A DNA stretch of 59,847 nt, filler included, from 6 parts of 6 records of this genome joined end to end with filler, not necessarily neighbours in it, one strand, 5' to 3'. Counted from the first letter of the whole stretch, positions 10,388 to 22,584 are shown. Numbers and translations are program-made. The notes: generated by a model not told the origin, from the sequence alone.

Positions 10388-11710
10388 ATGAGTGGAGGCC
10401 TAGCGCTGAAATCGACTCCTGCACCGATCGTGGCATGCACCATTGCCCGCGACGTCCAGACGTTTGATTTGCTGATCGACGATATCGAGGCCGAACTGGG
10501 CGAGGCCTGGGGCGACCTCAACTTCATGGAAGCGCAGGCCTTCTTCGTGCAGCCAGAGGCAGACGACCTTGAGTTTGTCGCCGTCGCCGTCGATGACGAG
10601 GACGAACAGGATATCGAACTGATCATCCGTGTGATCGAGAAGGCAAAGGCCAAGGGCGTAAAGGTCATTCTGATCGCCGAGGATGTCAGCCCGCCGATCC
10701 TGCACCGCCTGCTGAACGCGGGAACCGATGATTTCGTCCCTTATCCGCTGCCGGAGATGGCCTTCCATCACTCGGTGGAACGGATTCGCTCCGGCCAGTC
10801 CATCGCCGAGGCTCCTGCCGCTGCTCCGGCTGCTTCCCCGGCTCCAGTCGCCGCGCCGCAGCCCGAACCGGCTGCTGCCGCGCCCGCAGAACCGCCGGCC
10901 CCGGCCCAGATCCGCACCCCCACCACCCGCATGGGCGATCGCGTCGTATTCGCGGTGCAAAGCATGGCGGGCGGCACCGGGGCGACCACTCTGGCCGTGA
11001 ACCTGGCCTGGGAAATCGCGACAGCCGACAAGAAGGCCCCGCCCTCTGTCTGCCTGATCGACCTGGACCTGCAATTCGGATCGACCTCGACCTATCTCGA
11101 CCTGACGCGCCGCGATGTGATCTTCGAAGTGCTGTCCGAGGCACAATCCATGGATGTGGACGCCTTCAAGCAGGCCCTTCAGACCTATGATGGCAAGCTG
11201 TCTGTCTTTACCGCGCCCGCCGATATCCTGCCGCTCGACCTGATTGGCCCGACCGAAGTGGAAGCGCTGTTGAAACTGGCGCAGGAATGTTTCGATGTGG
11301 TTATCGTCGACATGCCCACCACCATCGTGCAGTGGACCGAAACCGTGCTGAACGCGGCGGATGTCTATTTCACCACCTTGGAACTGGACATGCGGTCGGC
11401 TCAGAACACCATCCGTTTCATAAAAGCGCTTCAGGCCGAAGACCTTCCGATCGACAAGGTCCACTACGTGCTGAACCGCGCGCCCAAGGGGCTCGACATG
11501 GGCGGCAAGAGCCGCGTCAAGCATCTGGCGGAAAGCCTGAATATCGAGCTGAACACGCAACTGCCCGATGGCGCGAAACAGGTCACCCAGGCCTGTGACC
11601 ATGGCGTGCCGCTGGCTGTGTTCGCCAAGAAGAACGTATTGCGCAAGGAAATCGCCAAGCTGGCGAAAACCCTGCATGACGCGATCCGCGCCGAAGCGAC
11701 GGCAGGCTGA
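10388..11710 (+). CDS. cpaE: Pilus assembly protein CpaE/TadZ (receiver-like domain plus MinD-like ATPase)
   Basis: Deviant Walker A AGGTGATT, LIDLDLQFG, Ala/Pro-rich linker; position before cpaF. Confidence 0.9.
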   Translation: MSGGLALKSTPAPIVACTIARDVQTFDLLIDDIEAELGEAWGDLNFMEAQAFFVQPEADDLEFVAVAVDDEDEQDIELIIRVIEKAKAKGVKVILIAEDVSPPILHRLLNAGTDDFVPYPLPEMAFHHSVERIRSGQSIAEAPAAAPAASPAPVAAPQPEPAAAAPAEPPAPAQIRTPTTRMGDRVVFAVQSMAGGTGATTLAVNLAWEIATADKKAPPSVCLIDLDLQFGSTSTYLDLTRRDVIFEVLSEAQSMDVDAFKQALQTYDGKLSVFTAPADILPLDLIGPTEVEALLKLAQECFDVVIVDMPTTIVQWTETVLNAADVYFTTLELDMRSAQNTIRFIKALQAEDLPIDKVHYVLNRAPKGLDMGGKSRVKHLAESLNIELNTQLPDGAKQVTQACDHGVPLAVFAKKNVLRKEIAKLAKTLHDAIRAEATAG

Positions 11711-11720
11711 GGAGCGACAG

Positions 11721-12291
11721 ATGTTTTCCCGCTACAAGAAAAATGCCCCCTCCAGCCCGGTTCACCCGGCCCTGACAACCGACCCGGAACCGGCTGCGGC
11801 GGACACCACAGGCCCGGCAACCGGTGGCGATGGCCGCCCCAAGATCGCGCGTCGGCCCAAGCCAAAGCCAAGCGTCGCTCCGGCAGAGCCGGTGGCGCTG
11901 GACAAAGAGGCCAAGCGCCGGGCCCGTCTTGACGAGATCAAGACCGAGATGCATTCCCGCCTGCTGGACAACCTGAACCTGTCCGCACTGGAAAAGGCCA
12001 AGGAAAGCGACCTGCGCGCCGAGATCAACTCGATCACGACGGACGAACTGACGGATATGGGCGTGGTCCTGAACCGCGAGGATCGGCAGACGCTTCAGAC
12101 GGAACTGTTCGATGAAGTGACCGGCCTTGGCCCGCTGGAACCGCTGCTGAAAGACGACACCGTCAACGATATTCTGATCAACGGGCCCTTCAACGTCTTC
12201 ATCGAACGGGCGGGCAAGCTGCAAAAGTCGGATTGCCGGTTCAAGGACGAACGTCACCTGCTGCGGATCATCGACAAGATCGTGTCCGCCG
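11721..12291 (+). CDS. cpaF: Pilus assembly ATPase CpaF/TadA, 3'-truncated by contig end
   Basis: DEVTGLGPLEPLLKDDTVNDILING motif. Confidence 0.92.
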
Positions 12292-12407
12292 NNNNNNNNN
12301 NNNNNNNNNNNNNNNNNNNNNNNNNNNNNNNNNNNTTAATTAATTAANNNNNNNNNNNNNNNNNNNNNNNNNNNNNNNNNNNNNNNNNNNNTCCGCTGCT
12401 GACCCAT

Positions 12408-12436
12408 AAAAAAAGCACCCAACGTGGGTGCTCTTT
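12408..12436 (-). terminator. Rho-independent terminator after tRNA-Pro
   Basis: AGCACCCA..TGGGTGCT stem with an A-tract on the + strand (U-tract on the minus strand). Confidence 0.7.
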
Positions 12437-12443
12437 AGTAAGT

Positions 12444-12520
12444 TGGTCGGGACGGCAGGATTTGAACCTGCGACCACCACACCCCCAGTGTGGTGCGCTA
12501 CCAGGCTGCGCTACGCCCCG
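12444..12520 (-). tRNA. tRNA-Pro(GGG)
   Basis: CGGGGCGTAGCGCAGCCTGGTAGCGCA-CCACA CTGGGGG TGTGG-..GGTTCAAATCC..CCCGACCA; 77 nt cloverleaf with encoded CCA. Confidence 0.97.
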
Positions 12521-12576
12521 AAGAGGTCGCTCTTGGCGAGGGCGGCATTATACTCAATACCCCCGCGGTGACAAAA

Positions 12577-12939
12577 TTATTTGCGGGGGGACAGGATTTC
12601 CAGCAATTGCTCGAGATCGCGGATCGCATCCTGCAGGTCTGCGTGCATCGCTTCCGGGTTTACCCCGTCCTTTTCATCGGTCATCCGCTGGCGGGCACCA
12701 CCGATCGTATAGCCCTGCTCGTAGAGCAAGCTGCGAATCTGGCGAATGGTGAGTACGTCTTCGCGCTGGTAATAGCGGCGATTACCGCGGCGCTTCACCG
12801 GCTTCAGCTGCGGGAACTCCTGCTCCCAGTAGCGCAGCACGTGCGGCTTGACCGCACACAGTTCGCTTACCTCACCAATGGTGAAGTAGCGCTTGCCCGG
12901 AATGGCGGGCAGTTCGTTATTGTGACTCGGTTCCAGCAT
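12577..12939 (-). CDS. MerR-family transcriptional regulator (conserved downstream of ihfA)
   Basis: [36 protein letters not shown]. Confidence 0.93.
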   Translation of the reverse strand: MLEPSHNNELPAIPGKRYFTIGEVSELCAVKPHVLRYWEQEFPQLKPVKRRGNRRYYQREDVLTIRQIRSLLYEQGYTIGGARQRMTDEKDGVNPEAMHADLQDAIRDLEQLLEILSPRK

Positions 12940-13222
12940 AAGCTTCCACGCGTGCTTTGAGCTTCTGGCCGGGGCGGAATGTCACCACCCTACGGGCTGA
13001 AATGGGAATCTCTTCACCAGTCTTGGGATTGCGACCGGGACGCTGGCTTTTATCGCGCAAATCGAAATTACCGAAACCCGACAATTTCACCTGCTCGTTA
13101 TTTTCCAGGCACGACCGTATCTCCTCGAAGAAGAGTTCGACTATCTCCTTGGCTTCCCGTTTGTTGAGCCCAAGCTCTTCAAACAGGCGTTCAGCCATCT
13201 CGGATTTCGTCAGTGCGGTCAT
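12917..13222 (-). CDS. ihfA: Integration host factor alpha subunit
   Basis: [47 protein letters not shown]. Confidence 0.98.
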   Translation of the reverse strand: MTALTKSEMAERLFEELGLNKREAKEIVELFFEEIRSCLENNEQVKLSGFGNFDLRDKSQRPGRNPKTGEEIPISARRVVTFRPGQKLKARVEAYAGTESQ

Positions 13223-13233
13223 GGTCCCGTGTA

Positions 13234-15609
13234 CTAGTTCCTGAGCTCTGCGTTATAGTTTTTTTCCAATGAATCAATGACTTGATTCACAGCCAGGTTG
13301 ACATCATCGTCGCTAAGAGTGCGCGATTGATCCCGAAATGTCAAACCGAGGGCAAGGCTTTTTCTTTTAGGATCAATGCCTTTGCCTTCATAGACATCAA
13401 ACAGGGTTAGGTCTGTGAGGTAAGTCCCTGCCACTGCTCGAACATCTTGCATCAACTCCGCTGCCTGCACCGATCTGTCGACAACAACGGCCAAATCACG
13501 ACGAACCTCGGGGAACTTGGAGAGTTCTGCAAAGTTTGGCACCTCTGCTTCCAGCAGCGCCGCAAGCCGGATTTCAGCCACCAGCACCACGCCGCTGACA
13601 TCAAGCTGCCGGGCAATCGTCGGGTGCAGCGCGCCCAGGAAACCGACGGCCTGACCCTCGCGGGTAATCCGCGCGGTTTGCCCGGGATGCAGGCCATCGC
13701 GCTCACCGGCCTCAAATGCGAAGCCCGCCGCGTTGCCCGTGAGTTCGACCAGGCTCTCGAAATCTCCCTTGAGGTCATAGAAATCAACCGCTTCCGCGCC
13801 GCCCGACCAGGACTCCTCGACCCGCGGACCACTGATGACCATCGCCAGCGTAGGCTCCTGCACCAGGCCGGCTGCTCCGGGAATAAAGCTGAGCCCGGTC
13901 TCAAACAGCCGCACCCGCGCTTGCTGGCGCTTGGTGTTGTGCACCACGGCCTTCACCAACCCGGGAAGCAGGCTGCTGCGCATCACCGCCATATCTGCCG
14001 AGATCGGGTTCTTCAGCGCCACCGGCGCGATGTCCGGGTCAAATAACTGCTGAATCTTCGGGTCGATAAAACTGTAGGTGATCGCTTCCTGGTACCCGCG
14101 AGCTGCCAGGTGCCGGCGCAGGGTACGCAGGGCAAGCTGACGCTCCGAACGATGGGGGATTACCAGGTCTGCCTTGATATGGGTCACCGGCAGGTTGTCA
14201 TAGCCATAGATGCGGGCGAGTTCTTCCAGCAGATCTGCTTCCATGCTGATATCGAAACGCCAGCTGGGAACGCTCACCGTCCAGCCCTCCCCGCTCGCGG
14301 TCACGCCAAAGCCCAGGTCACCGAGAATACGTTCGACCTGAGCGCCATCCATGTCGAAGCCGAGCATACGCCGGATACTGGTGGGGCGCAGGCTGACCGG
14401 CGCAAATTCAGGCAGTGCTTCCACGGCTACCGCCTCGTTCACCGGGCCGGCGTCACCACCGACGATATCCAGTAGCAGACGGGTCGCACGCTCCATGGCA
14501 GCGGTCTGCAGCTTGAAGTCCACGCCGCGCTCATAGCGGTGGGAAGAGTCCGTATGCAGGCCATAGCTGCGCGCCTTGCCCGCCATTGGCTGTGGCGCGA
14601 AATACGCGACCTCGAGCATGATATTCGTCGTATTTTCGCTGACTGCGCTTGGCTCGCCACCCATGATCCCGGCCATGGCCACGGGGCCACTGTGATCCGC
14701 GATCACCAGGGTTTCGCTGCTCAGTTCAACGGTCTGGCCGTCGAGCAGGGCCAGGGACTCGCCCTTCCCCGCCAGGCGCACAACAATGCCACTGTCCAGC
14801 CGATCAAGATCGAAGGCATGCATGGGCTGGCCGAGTTCCAGCAGCACATAGTTGGTTACGTCCACCACCGGGTCGATGCTGCGGATGCCGCAACGACGCA
14901 GGCGCTCCTGCAACCAGAGCGGGCTGGCACGCGAGACATCGACATTGCGGATCACCCGGCTCAGGTAGCGGGGGCAGCGCGCAGGCTCGGCCAGTTCAGC
15001 GGGAAACGTTTGCTCTATGGTCGGCGCAACCGGCTCGCAGGAGACCGGGCACACCGTTAACTCATTAAGTACGGCCACTTCCCGGGCAATGCCGGCGATG
15101 CCGAGGCAATCAGCGCGATTGGGGGTAAGGCCAATTTCAATCGTATGGTCGTCCAGTTGCAGGTAGTCGCGCAGGTCAGCCCCGACGGTCGCATCCGCCG
15201 GCAACTCCATAAGTCCCTCAGCGGCTTCCGACAGGCCCAACTCCTGCTCTGCACACAGCATGCCCTGGGACTCGACACCACGCAGCTTGGCCTGCTTGAT
15301 CTTGAAGTCTCCCGGCAGCACAGCCCCTACCCGTGCCAGAGGTGCTTTCAGGCCGGCGCGCGCGTTCGGCGCACCGCACACGATCTGCACGGTTTCACCC
15401 CCGGCGTCCACCTGGCATACCCGCAGCTTGTCCGCATCGGGGTGCTGCTCGGCACTGAGAATTTCGGCCACGACCACGCCACTGAAGCTGCCGGCTACAG
15501 GCTCGATGGCATCCACCTCGAGACCGGCCATGGTGATCTGGTGGGCGAGCGCCTCGGTGTCGAGGTCCGGGTTCACCCATTCACGGAGCCATTGTTCACT
15601 GATTATCAC
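13234..15609 (-). CDS. pheT: Phenylalanine--tRNA ligase beta subunit
   Basis: [38 protein letters not shown]; 791 aa. Confidence 0.98.
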   Translation of the reverse strand: MIISEQWLREWVNPDLDTEALAHQITMAGLEVDAIEPVAGSFSGVVVAEILSAEQHPDADKLRVCQVDAGGETVQIVCGAPNARAGLKAPLARVGAVLPGDFKIKQAKLRGVESQGMLCAEQELGLSEAAEGLMELPADATVGADLRDYLQLDDHTIEIGLTPNRADCLGIAGIAREVAVLNELTVCPVSCEPVAPTIEQTFPAELAEPARCPRYLSRVIRNVDVSRASPLWLQERLRRCGIRSIDPVVDVTNYVLLELGQPMHAFDLDRLDSGIVVRLAGKGESLALLDGQTVELSSETLVIADHSGPVAMAGIMGGEPSAVSENTTNIMLEVAYFAPQPMAGKARSYGLHTDSSHRYERGVDFKLQTAAMERATRLLLDIVGGDAGPVNEAVAVEALPEFAPVSLRPTSIRRMLGFDMDGAQVERILGDLGFGVTASGEGWTVSVPSWRFDISMEADLLEELARIYGYDNLPVTHIKADLVIPHRSERQLALRTLRRHLAARGYQEAITYSFIDPKIQQLFDPDIAPVALKNPISADMAVMRSSLLPGLVKAVVHNTKRQQARVRLFETGLSFIPGAAGLVQEPTLAMVISGPRVEESWSGGAEAVDFYDLKGDFESLVELTGNAAGFAFEAGERDGLHPGQTARITREGQAVGFLGALHPTIARQLDVSGVVLVAEIRLAALLEAEVPNFAELSKFPEVRRDLAVVVDRSVQAAELMQDVRAVAGTYLTDLTLFDVYEGKGIDPKRKSLALGLTFRDQSRTLSDDDVNLAVNQVIDSLEKNYNAELRN

Positions 15610-15623
15610 TACTTGATCTCCGT

Positions 15624-16661
<1,038 letters not shown>

Positions 16662-16694
16662 TTATCAGTGCTTCCTAATTCGAGCACTGTTTTC

Positions 16695-16808
16695 GCCCAG
16701 AGCAGAGCCGGGGCAACGCCGGGACACGCCGTAAATACGTCCATGTAGGCTCGACTCGCGCATCCATGCGCGAGACGGTCCCGCCATTGCCCCGCCTCCA
16801 CTCCGGGC
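16695..16808 (+). repeat. Structured palindromic intergenic repeat, copy 1
   Basis: Core GGGACACGCCGTAAATACGTCCATGTAGGCTCG-hairpin-GACGGTCCC inside imperfect inverted arms. Confidence 0.75.
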
Positions 16809-16876
16809 TCCTTCATCTTGCCGGAAGGGCTGTTGCTCCAACCCATTCCTGCCATTTCGGAGCGCGATGCAGCGCT

Positions 16877-16981
16877 GCCTGATTGGCTGATACGTCCCGG
16901 ACCGTCTGCGGCCACGGATGGCCGCAGCGAGCCCCCATGGACGGGTTTACGGCGTGTCCGGGGCGTATCAGCCAATCAGGC
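16877..16981 (-). repeat. Structured palindromic intergenic repeat, copy 2 (inverted)
   Basis: Minus-strand core GGACACGCCGTAAACCCGTCCATGGGGGCTCG-hairpin-GACGGTCC inside arms GCCTGATTGGCTGATACG / CGTATCAGCCAATCAGGC. Confidence 0.8.
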
Positions 16982-17011
16982 CGCGCGGGACAGACCTCAA
17001 ACCCGAACAAT

Positions 17012-17044
17012 AAAAAAGGGAAAGAGCCAGGCCCTTTCCCTTTG
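17012..17044 (-). terminator. Rho-independent terminator of rpmI-rplT
   Basis: AAAGGGAAAG..CTTTCCCTTT stem with U-tract on the minus strand. Confidence 0.7.
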
Positions 17045-17106
17045 TGTTACGTGTCGCCAGCGATCCACCGGGCGCGATCATTTGCGCCGCGGTGGTGGGT
17101 TTGGGC

Positions 17107-17466
17107 TTAAGCGGCGAGGGCCGCTTTCGCTTGCTCCACGATCGCTGCAAAAGCCGGCTTGTCGTGCACAGCCAGGTCCGCCAGTACACGACGGTCGAGG
17201 CCGATATCGGCTTTCTTGAGACCATTGATCAGGCGGCTGTAGCTCAGGCCGTTGGCACGGGATTGGGCGTTGATACGCGTAATCCAGAGGGCACGGAACT
17301 GGCGCTTGCGCTGGCGACGATCACGGTAGGCGTACTGGCCTGCCTTGGTTACCGCCTGCTTGGCTACCCGAAAAATACGGCTGCGGGCACCGTAGTAACC
17401 CTTGGCCTGCTTCAGAATCTTCTTGTGACGGCGGTGAGCCACCACACCACGTTTTACGCGAGGCAT
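17107..17466 (-). CDS. rplT: 50S ribosomal protein L20
   Basis: [41 protein letters not shown]. Confidence 0.99.
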   Translation of the reverse strand: MPRVKRGVVAHRRHKKILKQAKGYYGARSRIFRVAKQAVTKAGQYAYRDRRQRKRQFRALWITRINAQSRANGLSYSRLINGLKKADIGLDRRVLADLAVHDKPAFAAIVEQAKAALAA

Positions 17467-17496
17467 ATGTCTTCTCCTTTCCTTTTCAGATAACCG

Positions 17497-17590
17497 TTAT
17501 TTGGCACGCAGCATACGATCGATAAGAACCTTGTCGCTCTTGTCGACCATGGAGGTACCGCGCAGCTGACGCTTACGCTTGGTGGTCATC
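17497..17590 (-). CDS. rpmI: 50S ribosomal protein L35, C-terminal part (5'-truncated)
   Basis: Manual translation ..MTTKRKRQLRGTSMVDKSDKVLIDRMLRAK*; directly upstream of rplT. Confidence 0.92.
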
Positions 17591-17690
17591 NNNNNNNNNN
17601 NNNNNNNNNNNNNNNNNNNNNNNNNNNNNNNNNNTTAATTAATTAANNNNNNNNNNNNNNNNNNNNNNNNNNNNNNNNNNNNNNNNNNNN

Positions 17691-17737
17691 ACACGCGGAT
17701 TTTCAATCCGCTGCTCTACCAACTGAGCTATCTGGGC
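17691..17737 (-). tRNA. tRNA-Phe(GAA), 5' part (3' end cut by the contig edge)
   Basis: GCCCAGATAGCTCAGTTGGTAGAGCA-GCGGA TTGAAAA TCCGC. Confidence 0.93.
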
Positions 17738-18061
17738 GTGCCTTGCAAGTGGTCCGGGGCGAGCCCCGTTCGCTGAAAGCCCGGTCCTTATAGAGGCTCC
17801 CTGAAACCTTGTCCAGCACCCCGGCAAAGTTTTTTGCCGAACGGCCTCACCTCACCTGTTGAAAACTTTCAGCCCCACTAACCTTCTGAAAAACAATACC
17901 TTTCCCGAGCCTGACCAAAATCGTTTCGTACTGTCTCACATATATCTCGGCTTCTGTTGCAACAAGGCACGTGGTCGGAGGCTCTCTGGCCCACAGTCAA
18001 GTCATCACCTCTATCCTGCGGTACGCACCCGATCTCCCCTAAATACTGACGTGCAAACGAA

Positions 18062-18089
18062 AGAAGCGCGCCACGAATGGCGCGCTTCT
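18062..18089 (-). terminator. Terminator hairpin after the 5'-nucleotidase gene
   Basis: AGAAGCGCGCCA-CGAA-TGGCGCGCTTCT perfect 12-bp stem. Confidence 0.7.
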
Positions 18090-18115
18090 GACAGTCATCA
18101 ACGATCCTGTAGATC

Positions 18116-19711
18116 TTATTTCACGGTGATCCGGTCGTCCGTGTAAGCGGAGTAACCATTCTTGCCTGCAAGATAATCGGATACCACATCGGCCAGGTCC
18201 GGGCCGAAGTCATAGGCGTTCATGCCGTTGGTCGCGAAGATCTTGTAGCCGTCGCCGCCACCGCGCATGTAGTTGTTGGACACCACGCCGTAGACCTTTT
18301 CCGGATCCAGCGGGACGTAGCTGTCGCCTTCCATCACCATGACATCGGAGATCCGCTCCCCGGCAGGTTTGGTCTTGTCGAAGGAATACTTAAGACCGGC
18401 GACTTGCGGGAAACGGCCCGCGCCCTCTTCCACCTGGCTGACACCGTTTTCAAGAGCCGCGATCACATCGGACCCCTTCAGTTCGAAAGTGGACAGCGTG
18501 TTCTGGAACGGCAGCACCGTCAGGACTTCGCCCTTGGTGATCTCACCGGCGTCGATGGAGGCACGCAGACCACCGCCGTTCTGGATGGCGATCTGGACAC
18601 CCTGGCCCTTTACGCGATCAAGCATGGCATCTGCGACCAGGATCCCCATTTCGCAAGCCTGGGCCCGGCAGACTTCCCGGTCGGCGCCGATGGGAGCATC
18701 GGCCTGGGCAACGACTTCCTTGCGAATTTCGTCGAGCGGTTCGGCGAGTTCCTTGATGCGGGAAACAAGTTCCGGATTTTCGACGATGGTGTTGTCGATA
18801 ATGATCGGCTCACCGGCAGCTTCCGTAATGACGCCATTGTCGTCAAAGGTCACGTTCAACTCGCCCAGGAACTTGCCGTAGGCGTAGGCCTGAACGACGG
18901 CGGTCGGCGTTCCATCCGGACCGTCGATCATGGTCGGATACGGGCCCTCGGCATCGTCCGACGTGTTGGACAGGTAAGTGTTGGAGTGACCGCCGACAAT
19001 CACGTCGATGCCAGGTGCCTTGGCAGCAACTTCCTTGTCGACGTTATAGCCGGAGTGGCTGAGGACGATGATCTTGTTGACGCCTTCGGCAGCAAGTTTC
19101 TCCGCTTCGCGGGTTACGGCCGCAACCGGATCGGTGAAGGAAATATTCGCGCCGGGGCTGGCCAGTTCATCGGTGTCTTCCGGCGTCAGGCCGATCAGGC
19201 CGATCTTCTCACCGCCGCGTTCGATGACGATCGAAGGCTTCAGCACATCGGCAAGCTGAGGCTCCTTTGACACATCCGCGTTGGACATCAGGACCGGAAA
19301 CTCCACCGCATCCATGAACCCGCGCAGGACTTCAGGTCCATCATCAAATTCATGGTTGCCGACGGTCATTCCGTCGTAGCCGAGCTTGTTCATGAACTCG
19401 GCGGCAGCCTTGCCCTTGTAATAGGTATAGAACAGCGTGCCCTGGAACTGGTCACCACCGTCGACGAGGATCGTGTTGTTGCTGGCCGCGCGGCGATCCT
19501 TGATGATCGTGTCGAGGCGCGCCGTGCCACCGAAGCATTTGCCTTCTGCATTGTCCTCTTCACCGCAGGTCGAATCGTACTTGTTGATCGGCTCGATGCG
19601 GCTGTGGAAGTCGTTGGTATGCAAGATCGTCAGCGAATAATCGGCATAGGCTGCCGTCGACAGTGCCGTGGTCACGGACAGCACTGCGGCGCTCAGAAAA
19701 CGTTTTTTCAT
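18116..19711 (-). CDS. Periplasmic bifunctional metallophosphatase / 5'-nucleotidase (UshA family)
   Basis: Signal peptide; HTNDFH, DGGDQFQG, GNHEFD, LSHSG, GGHS, NGGGLR motifs. Confidence 0.93.
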   Translation of the reverse strand: MKKRFLSAAVLSVTTALSTAAYADYSLTILHTNDFHSRIEPINKYDSTCGEEDNAEGKCFGGTARLDTIIKDRRAASNNTILVDGGDQFQGTLFYTYYKGKAAAEFMNKLGYDGMTVGNHEFDDGPEVLRGFMDAVEFPVLMSNADVSKEPQLADVLKPSIVIERGGEKIGLIGLTPEDTDELASPGANISFTDPVAAVTREAEKLAAEGVNKIIVLSHSGYNVDKEVAAKAPGIDVIVGGHSNTYLSNTSDDAEGPYPTMIDGPDGTPTAVVQAYAYGKFLGELNVTFDDNGVITEAAGEPIIIDNTIVENPELVSRIKELAEPLDEIRKEVVAQADAPIGADREVCRAQACEMGILVADAMLDRVKGQGVQIAIQNGGGLRASIDAGEITKGEVLTVLPFQNTLSTFELKGSDVIAALENGVSQVEEGAGRFPQVAGLKYSFDKTKPAGERISDVMVMEGDSYVPLDPEKVYGVVSNNYMRGGGDGYKIFATNGMNAYDFGPDLADVVSDYLAGKNGYSAYTDDRITVK

Positions 19712-20198
19712 CGGACCCTCGCCCTTGGATAGGTTGGTTATGCCGTATCAGGAACGAGACGCCTGACGCCGGCTTCCCGGTGTTCTTAAAAACCCCGTAC
19801 GCCCCTCAACAAAAGGCATCAACCCTACCGGACAAAACCGGAATTCAGGGCGTCAGGATCGCCGGTATAAAAAGATCTTGGTGCAGTTTTATGACAGCTG
19901 CAAGTGTTTGGCGGCATGAAACTGAAAAAAATTTTGCTGGATAAATATTTTTGCAGCGCTGCCTAAAAATAGCTCAATCCCGCCAACTCTGCCGAGCCAA
20001 GTTCCGTGGCAACCGGCTGAACAGGCAAATGGCAAGCCTTCCCGAAAACTCCGGTGACGGGCGGTTTTCAGGGTCTTTTGAGAAGATTTTCGGGAAAGGA
20101 GCACCGAGGCGCCGAGTTCTACCTGGAATACCGGCAAGGCCTTCGCACCTGCTTCGCCGGCAAACGAACCAGCGGATCACATGGCGCACCAGGACCTG

Positions 20199-20402
20199 TC
20201 AGGAGCGGTCTTCGTCCGGGAAATTGCTCTCGTCGATATCGTCGGTTTCCACCACGGGTATGGTGTACCCCTCGGAGAACCAGCGGTTCAGATCGATCTT
20301 GGCGCAACGATCCGAGCAGAACGGATAATCGTCCGGCGTCGACAATTTCGAGCAGATTGGACAGGGGCGCATGCGCCGTTCGGGTTTCTGGCTTTCGGCC
20401 AT
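20199..20402 (-). CDS. yacG: DNA gyrase inhibitor YacG
   Basis: CPIC..YPFCSDRCAKIDLNRWF zinc finger. Confidence 0.93.
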   Translation of the reverse strand: MAESQKPERRMRPCPICSKLSTPDDYPFCSDRCAKIDLNRWFSEGYTIPVVETDDIDESNFPDEDRS

Positions 20403-20490
20403 TTCACTCTCCGGATTTCAGCTTCGCGCCAACTGCTGAAAAGGCAGCCGGTGATGGATCATCGGCTTGCCGAACACGATCTCGACAGCT

Positions 20491-21117
20491 TCAGGCTGCC
20501 GCTGTCGCCCAGCCCTGATGCACAGGGTATCCGGCTGAACTCAGCAGGTTCGCGGTTTCCACCAGGGGCAATCCGACCACCGCCGGGTAGGATCCGACCA
20601 GTTTTACGACAAAACTTCCCGCGAGCCCCTGAATGGCATATCCGCCTGCCTTGCCACGCCACTCGCCGGAGGAAATATAGTCGTCCATGTCCTTGCGAGT
20701 CAGGCGTTTGAACCGCACGCGGGTTTCGACAAGCTTGGAACGGACCTTGCCGTTTGCCTCTGCAACGGCCACCCCGGTGAACACCCGGTGGCCACGACCC
20801 GACAGGAGAGACAGGCACATGAGCGCCTGATCGGTCAGCTCCGCCTTGGGCAGGGCCCGGCGACCGACCGCAACCACGGTATCGGCAGCCAGCACCACAC
20901 TGTCCTGCATCGCTTCGGACGCGTCGGCCATCTGACGAACGGCTTCAGCCTTTGCACGCGCCAGGCGCAGCGCAAGACTGCGCGGTGTTTCATGCTTCTT
21001 CGGCGTTTCGTCGATATCGGCCGGCAGGAGGTGATCCGGCTCCAGTCCGATCTGCTGCAGCAGCGCGAGGCGGCGCGGCGAGGCGGAGGCCAGGATCAAC
21101 TGAGGGGCATTGGTCAT
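20491..21117 (-). CDS. maf: Maf-family nucleotide pyrophosphatase
   Basis: LILASASPRR, ADTVV, KAGGYAIQG, VVGLP. Confidence 0.95.
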   Translation of the reverse strand: MTNAPQLILASASPRRLALLQQIGLEPDHLLPADIDETPKKHETPRSLALRLARAKAEAVRQMADASEAMQDSVVLAADTVVAVGRRALPKAELTDQALMCLSLLSGRGHRVFTGVAVAEANGKVRSKLVETRVRFKRLTRKDMDDYISSGEWRGKAGGYAIQGLAGSFVVKLVGSYPAVVGLPLVETANLLSSAGYPVHQGWATAAA

Positions 21118-21160
21118 CTAAGAGCGAGCCTTGCAGCCGGGGTCACCTTGAAGGATCCGC

Positions 21161-21379
21161 TTACTTGAAGCGGTAGGTGATCCGCCCCTTGGTAAGATCA
21201 TACGGGGTCATTTCGACAAGAACCTTGTCGCCCGCCAGTACGCGGATACGGTTCTTGCGCATACGCCCTGCCGTGTGGGCAATAATTTCGTGATCATTTT
21301 CCAGTTTTACGCGGAACGTCGCGTTCGGCAACAGTTCTGTTACGACGCCCGGAAACTCCAGAGCTTCTTCTTTGGCCAT
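21161..21379 (-). CDS. infA: Translation initiation factor IF-1
   Basis: [46 protein letters not shown]. Confidence 0.99.
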   Translation of the reverse strand: MAKEEALEFPGVVTELLPNATFRVKLENDHEIIAHTAGRMRKNRIRVLAGDKVLVEMTPYDLTKGRITYRFK

Positions 21380-21496
21380 TTGATATCCTGAATAAAGCGG
21401 GCCCTGCCCGCGGGTGCCGGGGAAACTAACGGATTAGCGGCAGAAAGTGAACCTTTCTTTCCACCGCTATGCAAAGAAACTGCCAGATCCTATGCA

Positions 21497-22111
21497 TCAC
21501 CCCCTGCGATCGCCATTTCCTGCCGGATTCACGCCGGAAAACCCGGTATTTTCCTGCTGTTCACGCCACTCATCTTCAAGAATTGCATAATAGAACTCTT
21601 CGTCCCAACCACCCTTGAACAGGGCATGCTCGCGAAAATGGGCCTCCCTGCGCATGCCCAGGCGCTCCATCACTCCCCAGGACGCATTGTTGCGGGCGTC
21701 GCAGCTGGCGAAGATGCGGTGCAGTCCCAGATCCTCGAACCCCATGCGCAGCAGCGCGCGGCCAGCCTCCGTGGCAAAGCCCCTGCCCTGATATTGGGGA
21801 TTCAACGTGAACCCGATGGTGCCCTGGCGCGCCTCCACGTTCGTCACCCTCAACGAAACGTCACCGATGACACCACCGTCCTTCCGTTCCTCTACCGCTA
21901 AGGCCAGTGTCCCTTCACCATCCAGGCACTTCATGTCCGCCCATTTGGTCAGTTTCGACCGGATTTCCTCCAGGCTCCGTGGTTCCCAGAACTGGAAACG
22001 AGCAACCTCCGGCAGAGACTGGTAGGCATGGAGTGCCACCGCATCGCCTGGCTCCATGGGACGCAGTACCAGCCGGTCCGTCAGGACCTGCGACGTGATT
22101 TCGAATTTCAT
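21497..22111 (-). CDS. GNAT acetyltransferase (RimJ/RimL family)
   Basis: TDRLVLRP, YQGRGFATEA, N.ASWGVMERLGMRRE. Confidence 0.9.
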   Translation of the reverse strand: MKFEITSQVLTDRLVLRPMEPGDAVALHAYQSLPEVARFQFWEPRSLEEIRSKLTKWADMKCLDGEGTLALAVEERKDGGVIGDVSLRVTNVEARQGTIGFTLNPQYQGRGFATEAGRALLRMGFEDLGLHRIFASCDARNNASWGVMERLGMRREAHFREHALFKGGWDEEFYYAILEDEWREQQENTGFSGVNPAGNGDRRG

Positions 22112-22126
22112 CTTGTTCCTTCAGGT

Positions 22127-22579
22127 TCAGCCGCTTGGCGGCGGCGCCCAGTCCAGGCGCTTCTTGATGCGCATCATGAGCTGATCGCGCACTGCCCGGT
22201 ATTCGCCCAGGATCTGCTCCCGGCTGCCGGTGGCAAGGGTCGGATCGAGTGTCGGCCAGTATTCGACTTCGACCGATTCCGTTCTCGTCATGTCGAGCGC
22301 CTTATGGTGTGCCTCGGGAGCGAGAGTGACCACAAGATCGAACCCGGATTCGTCCAGATCCTCGAATGTCTTCGGCGTGTGCCGGCTCATGTCGACGCCT
22401 ATTTCGGCCATGACCGCGTCAACGAACGGGTCAACCTTGCCGGAACGGACACCGGCGGAACGCACATAAATCTGGCCGGGAAAGAGTTTGGCCGTCAGAG
22501 CCTCGGCCATGGGCGAGCGTACGGAATTCATTCCGCAGGCAAAAAGCACCGCAGTCGGACGCATGCCCGGCCCGGCCAT
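22127..22579 (-). CDS. Low-molecular-weight phosphatase / ArsC-like protein
   Basis: VLFACGMNSVRSPMAE P-loop. Confidence 0.88.
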   Translation of the reverse strand: MAGPGMRPTAVLFACGMNSVRSPMAEALTAKLFPGQIYVRSAGVRSGKVDPFVDAVMAEIGVDMSRHTPKTFEDLDESGFDLVVTLAPEAHHKALDMTRTESVEVEYWPTLDPTLATGSREQILGEYRAVRDQLMMRIKKRLDWAPPPSG

Positions 22580-22584
22580 ATCCG

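Noticed and set aside
10400-11677. 425-aa ORF antisense to cpaE, and similar antisense ORFs over pheT, the nucleotidase and hisD
   Set aside because: Antisense mirrors of well-supported genes caused by codon bias.
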